Source: Fibrobacterales bacterium (lineage in GTDB: Bacteria; Fibrobacterota; Fibrobacteria; Fibrobacterales; JAOPTW01). From it: a stretch of 11,055 nucleotides of DNA. The stretch covers positions 1 to 11,055 of the forward strand of contig JAOPTX010000067.1 in assembly GCA_051532055.1 (NCBI GenBank), in the 5' to 3' direction. Made by a program: the position numbers and the translations under genes. The notes beneath the pieces are model-generated. The model was not told the origin of the DNA, searched no databases, and saw nothing but the letters and a program-made list of their open reading frames with translations. This document shows, in pieces, positions 6,762 to 11,055 of the stretch. Each line of letters begins with the position of its first letter. The first letter of the stretch is position 1.

Positions 6762-8237
6762 ATGGAAATCGCAACGAGTAAATCACATAAAATTTTAACG
6801 TTGAACACTTTAGGATTCACCATATTCTTTGCTGTATGGATGCTTAATGGAGTGCTTGTAACATTCTTAGCAGCAAATCAGGTATTCGATTGGGGAGCGG
6901 TTGAAATTGGATGGTTATTGGGGATTCCCGTATTGACTGGGGCACTTTTTCGGTTACCTGCTGGTATACTCACTGATAAGTATGGAGGAAGGCCAATTTT
7001 TACTGCCCTCTTTTTTATTGTCGCAATACCGATGTACTTGTTGTCCTATGTAGATAGTTATATGGGTTTTGCGTTGTGTAGTTTTGGCTTTGGGTTGGCG
7101 GGGGTAAGTTTTTCAATTGGCATAGCATACACATCCATTTGGTATCCCAAGAAAAACCAGGGTTTTGCTTTGGGAGTTTTTGGGGCGGGGAATGCTGGAG
7201 CGGCGCTGACCACTCTATTTGCACCAGCTATACTGAATACATTAACAGATAACGGCTCTCACCTTGAAGGATGGAGGCTACTACCACAGTATTATGCTAT
7301 AATTTTAGTTGTATCTGGTGTATTCTTTTTCCTCTTTTCAGAGAATAAAAAACCAGCATCATCTAATAAGACTATTAAAATGATGTTACAGCCCTTAAAA
7401 AATATTAGAGTGTGGCGCTTTGGCCTCTATTACTTTTTAGTATTTGGCTGTTTTGTTGCATTCTCTCAATGGTTGGTTCCCTATTTTGTAAATGTGTATA
7501 GCATGGATCTTGTTACTGCGGGGATTTTAGCGGCATTATTTAGTTTCCCTTCTGGGATAATACGTGCCCTTGGTGGCTGGATGTCAGATCATTTTGGTGC
7601 TCGAAGAGTCATGTATTGGATTTTGATTTCCTCTGCATTAATTAGTTTTATGCTTATCATTCCACGAATGGAAATCTATTCACCGGGTAAAGGAGTTATG
7701 GCGAAAAGAGATGGGATTGTACAGGCGGTTACAGCTGAAAAAATAGTAATGGATTATGGTGAAATTCCATTGACTATGAAACCAAAAATTACCGGCATAT
7801 CTGATAATAGCTTTTCGATTCTTCCATCAAAACTTGGGTGGCAAGAGTCAATAGTTGTTGTAGGTCAGGTGATAAAGAAAAAAGAACTCATAGCAAAAGG
7901 GATTACAAAGATTAACTTCCAGGCAAATGTATGGATTTTCGCAGTACTTGTTATCCTACTCGGCAGTATTTGGGGTATTGGCAAAGCTGCAGTGTATAAA
8001 CATATCCCCGATTATTTTCCTGATGAAGTTGGAGTTGTCGGTGGGATGGTTGGAGTACTTGGCGGGCTTGGTGGGTTTGTATGTCCTATTATCTTTGGCT
8101 ATCTGCTTGAGGGGACGGGACTTTGGTCAAGTTGCTGGATATTTATGTGCTTTCTTTCAGTAGTATGCTTATTGTGGATGCATCGAGTAATTGTTAAAAT
8201 GACTCAATATCCCGATGGTTTTGATAGCAAGGAATAG
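6762..8237 (+). CDS. narK: NarK/NRT2-family (NNP) MFS nitrate/nitrite transporter with an inserted soluble domain
   Basis: 12 predicted TM helices. Conserved Arg in TM2 (LFRLPAG) and TM8 (IIRALGGWMSD). Nitrate-signature glycine motifs GFALGVFGAGNAG and GVVGGMVGVLGGLGGF. ATG directly abuts the nirD stop codon. Confidence 0.92.
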   Translation: MEIATSKSHKILTLNTLGFTIFFAVWMLNGVLVTFLAANQVFDWGAVEIGWLLGIPVLTGALFRLPAGILTDKYGGRPIFTALFFIVAIPMYLLSYVDSYMGFALCSFGFGLAGVSFSIGIAYTSIWYPKKNQGFALGVFGAGNAGAALTTLFAPAILNTLTDNGSHLEGWRLLPQYYAIILVVSGVFFFLFSENKKPASSNKTIKMMLQPLKNIRVWRFGLYYFLVFGCFVAFSQWLVPYFVNVYSMDLVTAGILAALFSFPSGIIRALGGWMSDHFGARRVMYWILISSALISFMLIIPRMEIYSPGKGVMAKRDGIVQAVTAEKIVMDYGEIPLTMKPKITGISDNSFSILPSKLGWQESIVVVGQVIKKKELIAKGITKINFQANVWIFAVLVILLGSIWGIGKAAVYKHIPDYFPDEVGVVGGMVGVLGGLGGFVCPIIFGYLLEGTGLWSSCWIFMCFLSVVCLLWMHRVIVKMTQYPDGFDSKE

Positions 8238-8271
8238 CTCCCTTACCTAGGTATTGTATTGAATAAAATTA

Positions 8272-8304
8272 GTGGCTCTCTCATTTTCGAGGAGTCACGT
8301 TTTT
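8272..8304 (+). terminator. Probable Rho-independent terminator after narK
   Basis: GTGGCTC-T-CTC / GAG-GAGTCAC stem (one G-U pair, one bulge), loop ATTTTC, followed by GTTTTT. Confidence 0.6.
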
Positions 8305-8336
8305 ACTAAATGTGTTACAACTCTGTATTTCGATTG

Positions 8337-8375
8337 TTGAATTACAACTTGCCCATTCCAAAGTTGTAATTTCAA
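8337..8375. repeat. Inverted repeat upstream of the cbb3 cluster (candidate operator or hairpin)
   Basis: AATTACAACTT (8340-8350) / AAGTTGTAATT (8361-8371) is a perfect 11-bp pair with a 10-nt spacer, extendable to 14 bp with a 1-nt bulge. Confidence 0.7.
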
Positions 8376-8424
8376 GTTATTATTGTACCCACAAAATTTT
8401 TACCAATTTAAGCCCTAAATTGGC

Positions 8425-8430
8425 TATAAT
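8425..8430 (+). promoter_or_regulatory. Candidate sigma70 -10 element for the cbb3 cluster
   Basis: Perfect TATAAT ~43 nt upstream of ATG 8473. No convincing -35 at 16-18 nt spacing. Confidence 0.35.
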
Positions 8431-8472
8431 TTTGGTAAGAAATACAAAAGAGTAATTTTGTTGGGAGAATTA

Positions 8473-9120
8473 ATGATAGCACCACTACTGATTGGCATAG
8501 GCAGTGCATTTACTCACTGCCCAGGAATGTGTCTTCCCCTAAATCTTGTAGTACAAAAAACCTCTAAGTCTCCACTTTCAATGGTTTTATATCATATAGG
8601 CCGAATCCTCGGATATACTGGAATAGCAACGATCCTCTTTTTTATGTCAGACTCAATAGTCTCTCTTAAAGACCCACTCTATAAAAAAATTGGCTTTTCA
8701 TTTGTGGTCAGTATGTTTCTCTTTTTTGGATTGTGGTATCTCAACCTTATTCCTATTAATATGGAGAAAGGGCTATCAAAATTATTCCCTGCAAAACTCC
8801 AAAGATGGCTGCTCGGTAAAACAAGTCATGTGAGTAAGTTTTTTCTTGGGGTTTGTAATGCACTCCTCCCTTGCCCGACAAGTTATGCAGTTTTTTTATG
8901 GGCAGTAAGTGTTGAAAATATATTTGAAGTTATTGGTGGTACTCTTCTGTTTGGGGTCGCTACCACACCAGCTTTCGCACTTTTGTCAGTGCCTTTTGTT
9001 AAAAATCGAGTATTTGGTCAAATCTGGTTTCAGAGAGCTCTCGGGTTTTTCTTTCTCGGTATGTTTGCCTTTAAAATTTACAAGTTTAATATGATGCAAG
9101 GAGTACCTTCATGTCATTAA
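8473..9120 (+). CDS. DsbD_2 / sulfite-exporter TauE/SafE-like membrane protein associated with cbb3 oxidase biogenesis
   Basis: Motifs HCPGMC, YHIGRILGY, NALLPC and LLFGVATTP, about 6 TM segments and a C-terminal SCH. GGAG RBS precedes ATG 8473, preferred over TTG 8458. Sits upstream of ccoS/ccoN. Confidence 0.85.
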   Translation: MIAPLLIGIGSAFTHCPGMCLPLNLVVQKTSKSPLSMVLYHIGRILGYTGIATILFFMSDSIVSLKDPLYKKIGFSFVVSMFLFFGLWYLNLIPINMEKGLSKLFPAKLQRWLLGKTSHVSKFFLGVCNALLPCPTSYAVFLWAVSVENIFEVIGGTLLFGVATTPAFALLSVPFVKNRVFGQIWFQRALGFFFLGMFAFKIYKFNMMQGVPSCH

Positions 9121-9134
9121 AAAAAGAGAACGGT

Positions 9135-9251
9135 ATGAGTAAAATCGAAATTATAGCTGTAGTTATCCTATCAATTGCAGGTCTTGTAATTGGTATGCAG
9201 ATGGGCACAGCTGATGGTAAAGAAGAAGCAGCTCAGGTATATCAAAAATAA
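9135..9251 (+). CDS. Small single-pass membrane protein, 38 aa (MSKIEIIAVVILSIAGLVIGMQMGTADGKEEAAQVYQK)
   Basis: Read directly from sequence and not in the ORF track. ATG at 9135, TAA at 9249-9251. It fills the gap between the TauE-like stop (9120) and the ccoS ATG (9256). Purine-rich AAAGAGAA upstream. One clean hydrophobic helix. Confidence 0.65.
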   Translation: MSKIEIIAVVILSIAGLVIGMQMGTADGKEEAAQVYQK

Positions 9252-9255
9252 TAGT

Positions 9256-9417
9256 ATGTCGATACTTTTTTTATTGATTCCGTTGTCACTTATCATATCT
9301 GGTTTTTTTGTATTTCTGAGTATACGAGCAATACAGAAGGGACAATATGATGATATGGAGTCACCAAAATGGAGAATGCTGTTTGATAATGATGAAATTA
9401 AAAACAAAAAACAATAA
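9256..9417 (+). CDS. ccoS: cbb3-type cytochrome oxidase maturation protein CcoS/FixS (53 aa)
   Basis: MSILFLLIPLSLIISGFFVFLSIRAIQKGQYDDMESPKWRMLFD has an N-terminal TM helix plus the GQ(F/Y)DD motif. Start is the internal ATG 9256 of track ORF 9190..9417. Directly upstream of ccoN. Confidence 0.92.
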   Translation: MSILFLLIPLSLIISGFFVFLSIRAIQKGQYDDMESPKWRMLFDNDEIKNKKQ

Positions 9418-9428
9418 TCGAGGACATA

Positions 9429-11055
9429 ATGATAAACGTCACCTACGATAATCAAATTACCAAGAACTACCTTATAGCAACCCTTCTTTGGGCTGCTGTA
9501 GGTATGCTTGTTGGAGTACTTATCGCATTGCAATTGGCAGACCCCATGTTTAACTTTGGTGTCGAGTGGTTGAGCTATGGACGACTTCGTCCTCTCCATA
9601 CAAACGCGGTTATATTCGCATTTGCAGGTAATGCCATATTCATGGGTATCTACTACTCTACACAGAGATTGCTTAAAGTGCGGATGTTTAGTGATCTATT
9701 AACAAAGGTCCACTTTTGGGGTTGGCAGTTTATTATTGTATGTGCTGCGGTAACGTTATTACTTGGGTGGACTACTGGCAAGGAATATGCAGAACTTGAA
9801 TGGTGGATAGATATCCTTATTGTTCTCGTATGGGTTAGTTTTGCTATTAACTTTTTTGGAACTATTGCAAAGCGTAATGAAAAACATATTTATGTGGCAT
9901 TGTGGTTTTACATAGCAACAATCGTTACCATCGCAATTCTTCATATTGTAAATTCTATTGAATTACCAGTCGCTATTTCAAAAAGTTATCCGGTCTATGC
10001 AGGTGTGCAAGATGCTCTTGTGCAGTGGTGGTATGGGCATAATGCTGTTGGGTTCTTTTTGACAACCCCCTTTCTTGGCATGATGTACTACTTTCTTCCA
10101 AAGGCAGCAAATGGCCCAGTGTATTCCTACCGTCTCTCAATCATTCACTTTTGGGCACTGGTATTTCTCTATATTTGGACGGGTCCTCACCATTTACAAT
10201 ACTCATCACTTCCCGACTGGGCTCAAAATTTAGGAATGGTTTTCTCCATTATGCTTTGGGCTCCATCATGGGGGGGGATGATCAACGGTCTTATGACTCT
10301 TCGTGGCTCATGGGAAAAACTCAAATCTGACCCAATACTTAAATTTATGGTTACTGCAGTAACCTTCTACGGAATGGCTACTTTTGAAGGACCATTGCTC
10401 TCAATTAAATCGGTTAATGCATTGTCACACTATACTGATTGGACAATAGGACATACTCATTCAGCAGTACTTGGCTGGAATGGGTTTCTTGCATTTGGTG
10501 TCATTTATTGGTTGGTACCACGTCTTTGGAAGCGTGAGCTTTTTAGTCAAAAGCTTGCAAATATTCATTTTTGGGTAGCGCTCATTGGTATTGTAGGCTA
10601 TATGGTATCTATGTGGATTGCGGGAATCACTCAAGGTCTCATGTGGAAAGAGTTTGATAGTGAAGGAATGCTTGTCTATACTCAATTTCTCGATACTCTT
10701 ACCGCTATTATCCCTATGTATTGGGTGCGTATGGTGAGTGGACTCGCTTATTTTCTCTCACTTTTTATCATGGTCTATAACCTCGTTAAAACGGTGAAGG
10801 GCGCTAAAGTTGAAGACGAAACGGTTGAGGTAGCAGAACCGACATGGAAGACTGAAAAAGAGTCTACTAAAGGCCTCTATTGGCATACGGTTCTTGAGAG
10901 AAAGCCTCTATTCATGGCTATAGGTGTTGCGGTACTTATTTTAAGTGGGACTGTTGTAGAGTTGGTACCTGCCTTTATTATAAAATCAAATGTTCCAACC
11001 ATTAGTAGCGTTAAACCATATACTGCACTCGAACTTGAAGGGCGTGATATTTATA
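9429..11055 (+). CDS. ccoN: cbb3-type cytochrome c oxidase, fused subunit I/II (CcoN-CcoO), 3'-truncated
   Basis: Absent from the ORF track because there is no stop in the window. RBS GAGGA, ATG 9429. CcoN motifs YGRLRPLHTNAVIFAF, KEYAELEW, QWWYGHNAVGFFLT, IWTGPHHL and DWTIGHTH. Continues in frame into CcoO-like WHTVLERKP...VKPYTALELEGRDIY. Confidence 0.96.
   Translation, partial: MINVTYDNQITKNYLIATLLWAAVGMLVGVLIALQLADPMFNFGVEWLSYGRLRPLHTNAVIFAFAGNAIFMGIYYSTQRLLKVRMFSDLLTKVHFWGWQFIIVCAAVTLLLGWTTGKEYAELEWWIDILIVLVWVSFAINFFGTIAKRNEKHIYVALWFYIATIVTIAILHIVNSIELPVAISKSYPVYAGVQDALVQWWYGHNAVGFFLTTPFLGMMYYFLPKAANGPVYSYRLSIIHFWALVFLYIWTGPHHLQYSSLPDWAQNLGMVFSIMLWAPSWGGMINGLMTLRGSWEKLKSDPILKFMVTAVTFYGMATFEGPLLSIKSVNALSHYTDWTIGHTHSAVLGWNGFLAFGVIYWLVPRLWKRELFSQKLANIHFWVALIGIVGYMVSMWIAGITQGLMWKEFDSEGMLVYTQFLDTLTAIIPMYWVRMVSGLAYFLSLFIMVYNLVKTVKGAKVEDETVEVAEPTWKTEKESTKGLYWHTVLERKPLFMAIGVAVLILSGTVVELVPAFIIKSNVPTISSVKPYTALELEGRDIY

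Noticed and set aside
3826..8163. ORFs 3826-4068, 4332-4556, 4549-4773, 5657-5875, 6124-6366, 7015-7224, 7927-8163
   Set aside because: They are antisense or out-of-frame shadows of nirB and narK.
9190..9255. N-terminal extension of ccoS in the ORF track
   Set aside because: CcoS similarity begins at ATG 9256. This stretch is better explained by the 38-aa ORF in another frame.
8909..10685. ORFs 8909-9094, 9171-9599, 9759-9944, 10461-10685
   Set aside because: They overlap the TauE-like gene, ccoS and the ccoNO frame, which carry the conserved motifs.
1..11055. CRISPR arrays, tRNA/rRNA genes, IS elements
   Set aside because: No periodic repeats, RNA-gene signatures or transposase motifs were seen by eye, and intergenic spaces are short.

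Overview
AT-rich bacterial window devoted to nitrogen-oxide and low-oxygen energy metabolism, in three + strand blocks. (1) 1-3255: the 3' part of a periplasmic electron-transfer operon with a 5'-truncated cytochrome c made of two tandem NapB-like diheme units, a tetraheme lipoprotein cytochrome c, a Tat-exported NrfC/DsrO/PsrB-type Fe-S protein and an NrfD/DsrP/PsrC-type membrane anchor, ending in a terminator. The catalytic partner (inferred to be a NapA-like molybdoenzyme) is not in the window. (2) 3812-8304: a near-perfect sigma54 promoter in front of nirB-nirD-narK. This NarK has an ~87-aa soluble insertion, and the operon has no nitrate reductase. (3) 8473-end: cbb3 oxidase genes, comprising a DsbD_2/TauE-like maturation protein, an unannotated 38-aa membrane peptide, ccoS and a fused ccoN-ccoO running off the window. 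An orphan 103-aa gene lies on the - strand between blocks 1 and 2. The most interesting inference is a non-canonical periplasmic nitrate-reductase electron chain (NrfCD-like quinol dehydrogenase plus multiheme wire, no napC/napGH visible) possibly coupled to cytoplasmic NirBD via an unusual NarK. All family calls come from motif recognition, not database searches.
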